Origin: Catajapyx aquilonaris
Taxonomy: Eukaryota
Length of the DNA stretch: 49,514 nt
Assembly: GCA_000934665.2 (NCBI GenBank)
Contig: JYFJ02002877.1
Span: forward strand, 1-49,514
Reading direction: 5' to 3'
The first letter of the stretch is position 1; the number at the start of each line of letters is the position of its first letter. Positions 37,601-49,514 of this stretch are shown one piece after another. Below the pieces are notes generated by a model. The model searched no databases, was not told the DNA's origin, and was given only the letters and a program-made list of their open reading frames with translations. Made by a program: the position numbers and the translations under genes.

Positions 37601-40600
37601 AGAGAAACTGGGATCGACAGACTTGCAGTGAAAATTTGCAAGTGCAACGTACCTCTTTCTCACTTCATACGGGACGAATCGACATTCGACCAATTGGGGC
37701 TATCGATTGACCCTATTAGAGAATCGGTATTCCGGCAATCATATTTTGATCGCTTCACCTACTCCCCATGATTGTTTAACAACCCTGATGACCACATTTG
37801 GGCCCACCAAACACGGTGTTAGCGGTCGTATTAATTTTCGCCACAAGTAAAAATACACGACAAAATAAGAGCTGAGGAAAGCTAATTAACTGCACCTGGA
37901 GAAATTCCTGTGAAGTTGCATCGTCAATTAAGCACGAAACCGGAACGTTCTTACTTTCTAGACAACCCAACTTCCTGAGACATGAACCAGCCCTGACATG
38001 CCGCTGTAATTTCGAGCCACGGCCAGAAAATTGGTGGGAACAAAAATTATCTCCAGCTAAAAGCACCAGTCGAAGTAACTCCCCATTCGCTCTAACCACA
38101 ATGAATGAGTACAAATCCCACATCCCCATTAACATTTTCGAGCTATTAACGAACCTTGATCCCATCCGGTAAGAGGATTACAGGTTCCTGCACCAGGTAA
38201 GCCGTATCAATAAAAAAGTGATCACTCTGGCTGTCCCTCAAATCTGCCAGAAATTACCATGTGCAAATAGGTGTTGCATTCTTCATTAAATCGATTTACG
38301 GCTGGAATACTTGACGGTCATATGATGATTCACAATCAGGTATCAATCAACTTGGCGTTGAAATCGTGGCGCGGACTTTATGCGTGGGCGTAAGTCCATT
38401 CCACCAAACTATGTATAGAATCCTGGCATCGTCATTATAGAAAGAGGCAATGTGCCAATTACCCTATATACATTTTTTCTCTCCTCCTCCTTACTCTCCT
38501 GTTCCTGAGTTGCGTCAAGAGTCCAACTGACGTCGAGCATGCTGTGGAATGTCGTTACTATACAGCTTCCTGTTACAATGTGGCGCATTTTTTAGGTAAT
38601 CTTCGGCATTAAAAATAGAAGCTTCGACACGGATGACACGTGAGAATGTTTTTGTTATTTTTCTGGAAATAGAGTTTTATGTAATAGTTTAGTCGGTGCC
38701 AGCAGGGTGGCCGGGATTCATTTTCTCAAAATGCGCTGATAAAGTTTAGCACGCTCAATGTACTGAGAAATGCATTCACATTCTCTCGGCAGCAATAACG
38801 CAATATTTTTACTGTGGGTTACTGATGGCTTTTTGCATGCCTGATGCAAAGCGGTTATGTATTTTTTCTTGGGAGAGCAGATGTGTTAGAATGAAGAAAC
38901 TGCATTTCAATTCCACCAACTAGTGATAGCACACTGAGCACTAGAAGATTTCGCAAATGTTTCGCAAATTTCATAATATGCAGTCTGTGTTAATCCTATC
39001 TTGCATAACGGCCAGGCGGCTGCAGGATACTAAACGTAAATATTGGTGTACAGAGCAGGCGTTCAAAGGGTTGTTTATCTCACATGCACACATCAATCAA
39101 TATCCGATAGCAAAATGCGATTCAGTCATTAATTATGACATCCAGAGCACAATTTACGTAGGTTGCAATACACACACACGAAAGCGGCTGTCAGAACGTG
39201 GTCGTGTCACTGCAGCCATCACTATACTTAATAAACTGTGCAATCCACTTATGAAAAGCATATTTCACATTACCGCCCTGTACAGTTCACCGCAAATATG
39301 CAATGCAAAGTAACGCTCGCATGTCCGCTCAATGAAACAAGCATATAATTGGCATTTGCAGACAACACAGAAAGGCTTATCTTTCAAATAGGCCAACCCG
39401 GAATACAACAATGGCCCATAACTCATCATTTTCCAATAAATAACCATTAAGGCTGTACAAGCACGGATCCTTTCATTAAGATACTCGTACACAATGCACA
39501 AGATGAGCTGCGCTAAAACTACCTGCCGGGAACCAAATGCAAATGATGGGGAATATTTTTACTTCACAATTATGCTCCACTTTGTACAGGATCCTGTCCA
39601 AAAGCGTAGGTGGGCAATAGCTTGTTTTAAATTTTCCTACACTTTACAGTCATGCACAACTAAAATTCGGGTAACCTCGATAAACTTTCGTACTCTATTA
39701 CGTCGATATTCTCGGAGATCGATTAAAAACAAAGCAAAAACTAACATGCACTAATGCATTACATAAATGCACTGTGAGTGACCAACTTGCCCTGAATTTT
39801 CGCTAGAAATCATTAAAACTGAGTACCCGATAGTGTGGACCACCTGGTATGCACCACTGTTAAAAATGATAACTCACGACTATTGCTAATCGTGAATCAC
39901 GGAATACGTGGGAGGTGCACAGTAGGTGAGCAGCCAAAATTCACGCTATAAAATCTACGGAGCCGAGGGGAAAAAAAAACATTTTGGGCATATTGAACCC
40001 CACCCAAGATTTTTCCTGGCAAAACTCCGCGTTTTCCCAGCAACGCATCAAAATCCCAGCCCCCAATTCCGCCCAACTTAGCTTCGCAACTCATTTTCCG
40101 GAGCATTCCGAGCCACGAATTCAAATGGAGCAATGTTTGATCTCTACGGCCTGGGAAATCCTCTCTGATAAGGCTAAAAAAAGGTGCGGGTTACAACCCT
40201 AGCTTCTTTATTGTATGTCCGTATATAGCACTCTGCCTCTATTCGTGGCCCAAACCTCCTGGAAATGAGTTCCCTGTAAGCTCTGGCTTAGGAACTTCTG
40301 CTTTCCCGGCGTGCACAGCACAACCGACGGCATTTGGTCTTAAGATGAGAAAATGTCAGCGGGGAAAAAGCCTTCTGGTTCACCGGTTTTGGTCGCCGTG
40401 CATTTTAAGTCATAATATGCCTCAAAGCGTATATAAAACCTGAGCTTCTCCTCTTGTATGCTCAGTTATACGCAAAGACGACGGCAAAACTGACTCCCAA
40501 GCGAATTGCGTTTCTCATATATCAATCTTACAAAGTGAGTGCATCCACCCCCACCTACAGTAATGCACATTTCGTTGGGTTTACATAATTCAGAAGCATC

Positions 40601-43600
40601 TGCAGTAGCAATGATCACAATATCTCTGAAGTGGAATTTACAGGCACCAGATGCGTAACCAAATGAATATGAACCAGAAGTGGCACTTGCTTATAAAATG
40701 TGAGCAGTCAGTCAACAGCCTTTATCACGTTAAAATTGCAATTTCCAGGTAATTTACTTAACAGCCTTCTTTTACAAGTGAGAGAACCCCAACAGAAGAG
40801 ACACCTTCCTTCACCTGGCAGTCGTCCTTTTGCGCAGCAAACTTAATTAAGCGAATCGAATGTATGATTGTAAGTGCACAAGGAAGCTCCCTTTTGGTTC
40901 ATTTGTAACCAATTACAGTTATGTAAGCCTGATGAGTTGGCGTGCGTGTCTTACAAGTTTACAACAAACGCATTATTTGCATTGTCGACTCGGCAAAGAA
41001 AAAAAGTAATCCCAAGGCAATTTTCTGTCCGCAAATGGAAAACAAGTTAGCAAATATTTGGCCCTTCTACTGTGGTAAATCAACAGGGTACGAGTTAGGC
41101 CGGTACAACTTTACACGATTCAACAGATGCCCGTTACTCATTAATTTCTTAATACCCAAGGAACAATTACGTGCGAAGAGTAGCCGTAAAGATTACGCAA
41201 ATAAGCTGCACCAACTTATCGCGAGTGTAACACGTTGTAAATGCAAACGTAATTGGATAAATAGGTACATCCAACAGAGCCTGATCCTATAAGCATCCAG
41301 TTTATTTGGCCACTAACGGGATCGTCTTTAAAACTGAGACCTCAGTATATAGAGAAACTGAATAGTGTGACGTACGTTACGACAATAAAATGCGGTATCA
41401 ACAGAGAGCTCCTTTCTGTCCTGGTGTTTTGAGTACCCATAAAAAGCGGCCAGCTTCAAATTGTATCCCAAAAGAGGAGAGGTTGAATCCGCAACTGGTT
41501 CCGCCCATCTTGACACGCAATGTCCGTTTTCGGCACACCCAACTCACATGGAATGGGAATCCAAAAGGAATATAGAAATCTCCCACACAATCCACGTCAC
41601 ATCAACTCGGCAGAAACAAGCCGACTATTAATTGCCATATCAGGCCATTATTTATGCAAATGGATATCAGGACCCTCTTAAACCCGCGACACCTCTCGAA
41701 AACGGCCGGACACGTTCTACCTGTCATTACTCCTATTAGTCTTATTATTACCCCCGATTACTCCTGCCGTACCCGTGTAATTAATCTACCCATCGAGAAT
41801 GGCGTCGGAATATTAAGGTCGCAAACCGGTTAAATTACCCCACCGCAGTAGCAAATCACCATCGTGATGGATGTTACATCAGGCGTGATCTTGACTTGTC
41901 CAAGTTTATCTAGGTTACATGTCAAAGTGCACTAAAAAAATTGGGTTGCCATTTTTCTCCCTGTCCAAGTTTCACATTTATATCCTGTGAGTAATGTTAA
42001 AATCCAGTGGGCATCTAAAATCGAATCCGACACGGAATTTTCCAGCGTCCTCTCCTACTCTTCAAGCTTTTTTTGCTCATCGATTCTTAAGTCAACTATA
42101 GAGAGAGAATGATGGGGGAAGGAGGGGAGGCCAGGGAAGGAAAGAAAAAGCCAAGATGCTCCAAAAGTAGATTCAATTACCTTGGAAATGACGTTAAAAA
42201 AGAGACCTTTATGACTTGATTAAGGTGATGCAGCCTGCTGCATAAATTTTTTATATCGCCCTCCTCGAGAAGACACTGCTGTAGGGCCAGTAATGTACTT
42301 GAACGTGGATATTTCAGGAGCTCAACTACGAGGCAAGTACCCCCCATGGGACGTTTAGCCTATACATTTTTACAAAACGTATTGTACAGTACTTAGAGCA
42401 GTGAATCACCATACACAAGACAGTGAAATGTTCATCAAAATGTGCACCGAGTTTAAAAAATTGCCATCGAGGCGCGATTTAATAAGTGTCAGTTATTAGT
42501 ACAGGCAGCAAAATACTGCGTCTAATATTAGGTTGCAATGCGTCCTTTGAGGCCCTTAATTTAATTAAATTTCCGGGCCTGAACCAATGAAGTGAAAGGT
42601 CAAGGTCTGAGCGTCAATTTTGCCAGAATTGGTCACGAGGTTATAACTCCTAACTAGTATTAGCAGCGATATTACTGCTCCTCCTAAAAGTCAACTGCTG
42701 GATAAAAATGATCTTCGTGACAAGTTTTGGCAGCCTGAACAGGTCCATTCACTTGAACCACCATTACATTGTGACAGTTGTGGACACAATTCATCCGGTC
42801 CTAAAACCCTGTCATCATAAGTTAAATGACGTCATCAGAACGCAAGCAAACAGCTCTAGGGGCCCAAATATCACTGTTTCACCCTACAATAAAACTACCC
42901 CGTCAGTTCCACTTTGCTTTCAACTCCGCGTCTCGCCTCAGAGAAAATCGGCCACACGTATACAGTATTGACCCCTGTGACATTGTCGATTCCTCCCAAA
43001 ATCCGGGCATGTATTCCCTTTGTGAGCCTTTATGACAAGTAAGGGGAAAGAGAGAACCAACACTGCCATCACCCCCCAGCACCCAAACCCTCTCTCATCC
43101 CACGTGGTTCTTTCAGCAGAAATCGATCCCGAGCAGACCCCAAGCCAAATGGTTGCAGATCTTGCTCCAGAATGGGACTAGTGAAGCACAGCTTGCTGCC
43201 TTTGCCCAGTCACACAATGCAGCGGAAAAAGAAACTCCGAGGAATGTCTCCGCATCAAAGAGAGAGAAAGGGCACCGACCCAACCACCTCTTCCGTTCCT
43301 GCACAAGTCCAGAAAACAAAAAAGAGATTTTTCTTCCAACGAAAATTGTTACCGGTCCGGCTCTGATTGTTTATTTTGCAGAACAATATGTGCCTCTCAA
43401 ATAAGGAAGAGAGCTCCGTGGGCAATTAATAATTTCCGAAACGGTTCTTAATGACCGGGGTGTTACATGTATAACTTTCACTGTATTCAATGGAACGGTA
43501 ACTTTAGGCCTCTTGCTTATTTCACCTTGACCAGAAGGTACGGTACTAACACATTTTGTGACCTAATGACTGGGGGGCAGTTTCACTTGGCGAAAAGTGA

Positions 43601-46600
43601 AAATTTAATTGCGTCGTTGTAACAGTTGCGCTGCGTTTCATGAATTTCGCAGACGCATGTCTGGCATGCAAATTGAAGCATAAATTCCTCTATGATGCTG
43701 GGACATATTAAAGTGAACAGAAGCTCGCGACACTCTTGTTACACAAGTCCTTGAATTAATGTTGCAAAGATTCCAAGTCCAGAATCAAAAGGGAGAGAGA
43801 GAGAAACAAACAAGCAAGGGCAAAGCACAAACATGACATGTACGCAATTATTAAAGCGCTTCCTCACCCGCGAATTACTTAAAAATAGTACACCTGTGCA
43901 AGGCCTAACAGATTTAGTAACCCTTTGGTCAAACTCGTTAATCCGCACGAGCGTAATTATCCTGTAACAACGGATGACATCACATTATTTGAAGGGCGTA
44001 TCTCAAGTACAAGGGAAGTTTCCAGATCCTTCCCTGACTCAAGAAGAAATCCGTATATGCTTATCACACGCGCATGACCACCATTGTTTTCAGAGTGAGG
44101 ATTCGGCCAGCTCATGATCCACTTTAAAAGGTCTCCCCATATGGTGCAAGGTGACCACCTGATGACCAAAAAGGATCGGAACCACTTTCCTGCGGCATTC
44201 AAGGGCGATTAATTGCGGCACGTCCCCTTTTCATTAATAGGAAATTTACGAGGATGACCGGGGCTCAAAGGACCGGTTCACTGGTGTTTTAATGACCCCC
44301 CACGCTTGTAATTGTGCGACACGTTTTTTTTCATACTCTCCCACAATGGCGAAAGGTATGGGTCGAGGACTGAATTTAAAATTGTATTCGAACTTTATGT
44401 TCATATTTCTTGAGAACAGACCTACATATATAGAGGGGGGGTCTGGGACGTAAACTGTGTCAGGGAGGTCTGCAAAATTTCACCATACAATCAATCCATC
44501 TGGACACTCTTTTCTTCCTTACAAGTCTCCAAATTAATAAAAAAAACAAGAGCGTGCTACTTTCCACTGTATTATCGGTCGTGCCAGCTTGATGCGATAA
44601 GCTTTTTTTTGGGTGTAGATATGATCCGGATGATGGTACGACAATCGATTTCACAGCTACTGCCGGCCAATTCCATGGAGGCCCAAAGGATATCACTGCC
44701 AAATCCACATCTCGAGTGTGCCAACAAATCAAAGGACCTGTCCATTCGGTGCCCTATAGGGCCACAGATCGGAAAATAAAAGCCCTTGCGTCGAATCCAC
44801 TCTCCCGATTTTTCACGCTGAGAGCCGAATTTAATTTTTAAAAATAGCGCCGGCTGGCGAATCTTGTCTGGCTACAACAGCCACTTATTAGATGAAAAGA
44901 GGGAGAGGGCTCTATATCAGGTTCCCATCTAAATTGATCCGATACATCACGCCACGTGATTCAATACTTCGGGTGGCAAATTGATGGGAACATACCCGCA
45001 ATCACTCTCTATCCGCTAATTTCTGGCCAGCCCTGCATTGTGATTCAGTTTTCATGTCACGTGCGTTGTTTCTGTGTACTCCTCCCACCCTACCCCGCCC
45101 CCTCTCTTGCAACAATCATGATCGATAGGTTAGGAGGTTCTGAGATCACAACCTCTTTTCAGGGCGGGGTAATGCTGGAGGGAGGGAGTAATCAGCAGAT
45201 TATTTTTGCTCACCCTTCCGTGGGAAGGATGTGCAAAAATATTCACACAAGGTCCCCACCCCCCTTCTTTTGATAGGTGACGTCAGTCTTCGGTTTTGAA
45301 CGGGACTGATTGTGCTCAATCAAAATTGGGTCAGTCCATTAGCACTCGCAGCAACGACAGAAATATTCACGACTAATCTTCCGAGGCCAAGGATTATCGC
45401 TTTTTGCATATGCAACAGTGCTTCACGGTTGAAACGTTGTCAGCACACAAATGATACTCACAGTACTGGATGGACAGATTGAAAGAAAAATAAACACACT
45501 GATGGACATTCCCCAAGTTAACTGACGTGTTTCCATTTTTAAAAACCAAATGATTAAACGGCTGACATCAGTACGAATTCCCACCAGAATCGATGCATTA
45601 CGTATACGTCAATAATTATTATTGCGAATCTACAACCCCATACATATGTTAAAATGGTGTTTTAATCCACCAAAAATTCGATGCAAACGTTTGAAAAGTG
45701 AGCTCTGGTCGTGTATACAGTACACGTTACTGTAATGCCTTTCAGAAGTGTGTCCAGCACAACAAATTTTCCCTTCCTATACATAGCACATTGCCACATA
45801 CCGGAATAGCATTCTTGTAAAAGCTCGCCCCTTTTTTATATATATTTACCGTGGGGTGTCCCTTTCTAAAGACCGCCTCCCGGACGGGAACAGATTGGCC
45901 TAACACGTTTTTCTGCTTGTTTTCTGGACACTACCAGAAAACAGTAGCCTGACTGGAAAAGTGAGCAGAAAGGGTCGGAAACAAGAGCAAATAAAAAAAT
46001 TCCCCCCGGACCGTTACACGGACTAACCTTGTCAGAAAACTGCACCTGGTACCCGCCAAGTGAAAGAGAGAGAAAAAAAAGGTGCAGGGGAGGGTGTCTC
46101 GCTTTAATTGCTGCAAGTCGTGCTACAGTGCAACGGCTGTACCGTACCCTTCCAGCCGGAGACGAGAGGAATGGACCAGGAAGGAAGAAAGTGCACCGAT
46201 GCTCCCACACTTCCGTAATTGATGCATTGTATAACGGGAACCACTTTTCAATCGAGTCGTTTCCAACTGGGAAAACTCGGTTGATTTCTCATTACTTTAT
46301 AGCACACGAGAAGTCCGCGATCCGCCTAGCAGACACTATAATTTTGAGCGTTAATCAGCAACGCATTCAAGACACGGTTTCATTAGGTACTATTGTGCAG
46401 AAGCCTTGCTTGGTGCGAATTTTAATAGCAATCAGATGTGCTGGCAACATGATATTATACCAGATATAACTGGTTCAAGTATACTGACAGCAGTTTTGGA
46501 ATCGGGTGAACAATCCTCTGTTTACCCCCTTGGGTTCGCCACTCGCTGTAATTGCACGAATAATGTGCAGTGCCATACATAAGCCATTATGTTAACAGTT

Positions 46601-48935
46601 ACAATGCTTGTGTAGCAAATGCCACTATTGTGGCTCAAATTCCTGCCGCTAAACATGGCACAGGTGTTTTTCAGATCCTCCATGGAATCGACGAGATCTG
46701 CGTAAAAAACAGGATGTAGAGTTGACGCGTACAGGATCACTGCCAAAACCCAATCCCCACCTGGCGTAAGTCACATAAATCGGATTACGCCCCGGGAATT
46801 CTAATTCAGAAACACGCAAAACCTGTTTGGATCACCCACTCCGCCGGCATTTAATTCGGCGCGTAGTATAGGTACCATCCTGACCAAAAAGGTACGCGCA
46901 CAAATGTATCAACTGGAGTGCCATTCATTAGATCACCCAGTATATAATCGGTGATTTTCCGTAACTTGCATTCATACACCGTCCTTAAAGTGAATGCATT
47001 TAAATGACAAAGTTGTATGCCTTAGCACTTGTTCCTGACAGTTGACAAGCATGGCCTAGTTTGAACAGCGCGTCAAAATATGTACGTGCAACATCTGTTC
47101 AAATTGGGTCAGACTACACCATATTCGTCCGCCTTGTCCCTCCCAAAAAAGTGTGCACGTGATCCGATTATAGACTGCAAAATTTGCGGGTCCCCCCCTG
47201 CGGTGCCATATAAGTCGTCCCTGAATTGTCAATATAGGGTGCAGTGCTGTGGGAGGGGGTCGAAGGGGGAGGCTGCAATAAAATACCTCGCGTCCTCAAA
47301 TGCTCTCTTTGTGCCTCCAACATGCAACAATAGGAACGCGCCAAACTTGCCAATTGCCGCATGGACCGATACACTACCGCAATATGGTACACCCATCACA
47401 CAAAAAAATGTGGGACGTCATAGAAAGATGCAAATTGATGGCCTGAAATGTATTTTTCCAGTCTATTGAACGGAGGGGCTTCCTCTTGTATTTTTTGTGT
47501 GGCAAGGGTGTTGTCCATCCGTGCTGAGGATGGCAATCAGCAAAGTGGTGGATGTTTTTTGGGGTGGCCTGCCGTGCCGATGAATTGCTGCTGATAGGGA
47601 AGACCCCCCTGGCACACCCAGTGCTTTTGTGACCATCCTCCACACCATGCCAGAGAGTATCGATCAAGGCGTCTTCTCTGCCCACCTCGCCCCCTACAAA
47701 CTCCCTAAGAAAAACATCCTATAGCATGCAACTTCAAAATGCATCAAGTCATGTAGCCACGCCCGAAACGTCTTCATCTTCAAGTTTACTGCAGAGGCCC
47801 AATCATGACTCTGTGGCACCCTGTAGTTTCCCCAAAATCTACCTAATCAACCGGATGCTTCGCAAATACGTGACACCTACTAATCGAATTCCAGTGTGAA
47901 ACAGACCGTGGCCATAAAGGACTGGAATCCCACCCACAGAAAACGTGTCCGAATCTCGCACGTGCCTGTGTTAAAAGCAAGTCCAACAAGCCCTCTAATG
48001 AGTGCCAAAGTCACGACCTGAAGCAACCCCTCCCAAAAAAATTTTTTTACCGAGATGCTGATCCCTTCCATTTATGAGATGTCGTGTCTGGTCCAGCCGA
48101 CTGGGGTGGAACCGACCAAAAATTGCAAACCTGTCCGGTTTTTTTCAAGGGAGGTGCAATTTCCGAGATAACGAGGCGGAGAAAAGGGTTGAGAAAGTGT
48201 GTGTGCTTTTACTGTACGTGCCAAAATAACAGGGGAGGGATAGGACAGTCGGAGAGACCTAGCTGACCACTTGACCATTGCAAAAAAAAAAAACTTTTTG
48301 AGGTAAAAGCAACTTTTACCCACTTAACCTGTCCTGGTGGGAATCAGGTGGGATGTACTAATGATAGCATACAGGGAATAGGTTGACTCACTTGCCTATT
48401 TCAAGCTACCAAATATTTGGCATATCCGTGGAGTCGGTGCATCAATTCAATCCTGAGATGAGCAGGCAATAATCTGCAGACTTGTTTTTTTCCCCTATTG
48501 CCCTTGCACCTCATTACTCTGATCATTTTTTATGCATTCCAGTCTTTTCTAGAAGGTCAAGGTGATGGCAGAGAGTTAACTTGCAAGGTGAGAAATTACG
48601 AGTCGGCATGTTACCCAACACATACCTGCCGGGTAGCTCAACGGCAATAAACGAGACGCTTGCATTATCCATGCAGGTATTATATACACAGCAGGTATGA
48701 GCGAGAAACTGCACGCCTTGTTATACAAAAATACAGATAGCCTGTACGTGTTGTTTCAAGTGGCATTAAAGCTTACATATTTGCATAACACCTGCTACAT
48801 TTTGATGGGCCTTGCGTGAATAACTCCTTCCTCAACGTATTTTCTCAAAAAGGAAATGAACTTGAGGTTTCAGGTGTAAAATGTTGGGAGCATACATGCC
48901 AGTAACTTCTGATATCAATAAAAAGTCCAACTCAC

Positions 48936-49241
48936 TTTGAAGACCTCTGAGAAGAATCCGGAACCGATCTTCTCACAAGTGAAGTCGTCTAATCTGTTGA
49001 GCGCTGACACAGCATGCCGCAACGCCCTACACGACGCACCAGACATCCTGGACATCTTGCCATCACCGCCGGCCAGTACATCACTGTCCACCTCATTGTT
49101 GCATGACCCCTCCGCTCCCTGCTGGCTGCCCGAGCAGCCCGCTTCACTGGGAGCCACCGGAGTCACCAACCGATCCGGCATCACCGAACAACCAGCCGCC
49201 AACTTGGGCGACTCGCATGGCTCTGTTCCTGACGTATACAT
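48936..49241 (-). CDS. TESK: TESK/cdi kinase first coding exon ([40 protein letters not shown])
   Basis: TESK N-terminal signature ALxxAVSxLxRxDDFxxEKIGxGFFSEVxK. Donor AAA|gtgagt. Upstream acceptor atttcag| at 49370, so the promoter lies outside the window. The start ATG is the first in-frame one and is unverified. Confidence 0.93.
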
Positions 49242-49514
49242 TTTTAAAAAAAGGTGACAGGCAGGGCCAGTCCCCCCAAAAAAAATTAAAAAGGGGGGGG
49301 GAAACCGACTGTCACAGTTATGTCACCATCACTGCCGACAAACTGCTGCAGGTTACTCCTCCAACAACACCTGAAATATAAGTTGCATTAACAGCCACAT
49401 GATGTAAAAAAATAAACCTGTGATATTTGGAATGTCAAGTTTGTTTTGTTTTTTTGGGAATGAATTTGACACTTACTGTTCCAAGGGCTGAAGTGTCGGG
49501 CATGATCCCGACCC

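Noticed and set aside
49318..49329. Three-codon uORF (ATG GTG ACA TAA) ahead of the cdi start
   Set aside because: Present, but too short and common to flag without conservation data.

Overview
Eukaryotic (invertebrate, probably non-dipteran arthropod) genomic DNA with three spliced genes, all on the minus strand. (1) The 5' half of membralin/TMEM259: 5'UTR exon plus five coding exons, 11163 down to 3322; the gene continues past the left edge. (2) A complete three-coding-exon GT31 beta-1,3-glycosyltransferase (B3GALT-like, about 398 aa, 13530-12199) whose second coding intron is GC-AG. (3) A complete nine-coding-exon TESK/center divider (cdi) kinase (about 762 aa, 49241-17573) with very large 5' introns. 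All exon junctions were reconstructed by hand and keep frame. Introns hold a Harbinger-type MITE, two copies of a fold-back Tc1/mariner derivative and a tRNA-derived SINE head. Best leads: a cryptic 111-nt membralin exon encoding a diverged copy of a conserved transmembrane segment, suggesting an alternative membrane module; inverted transposon arms bracketing membralin exon 4; a candidate cdi microexon; and a CpG-depleted to CpG-rich switch inside cdi. I see no clear evidence of a wholly new biological system. The alternative-exon ideas are sequence-based hypotheses that need RNA-seq.
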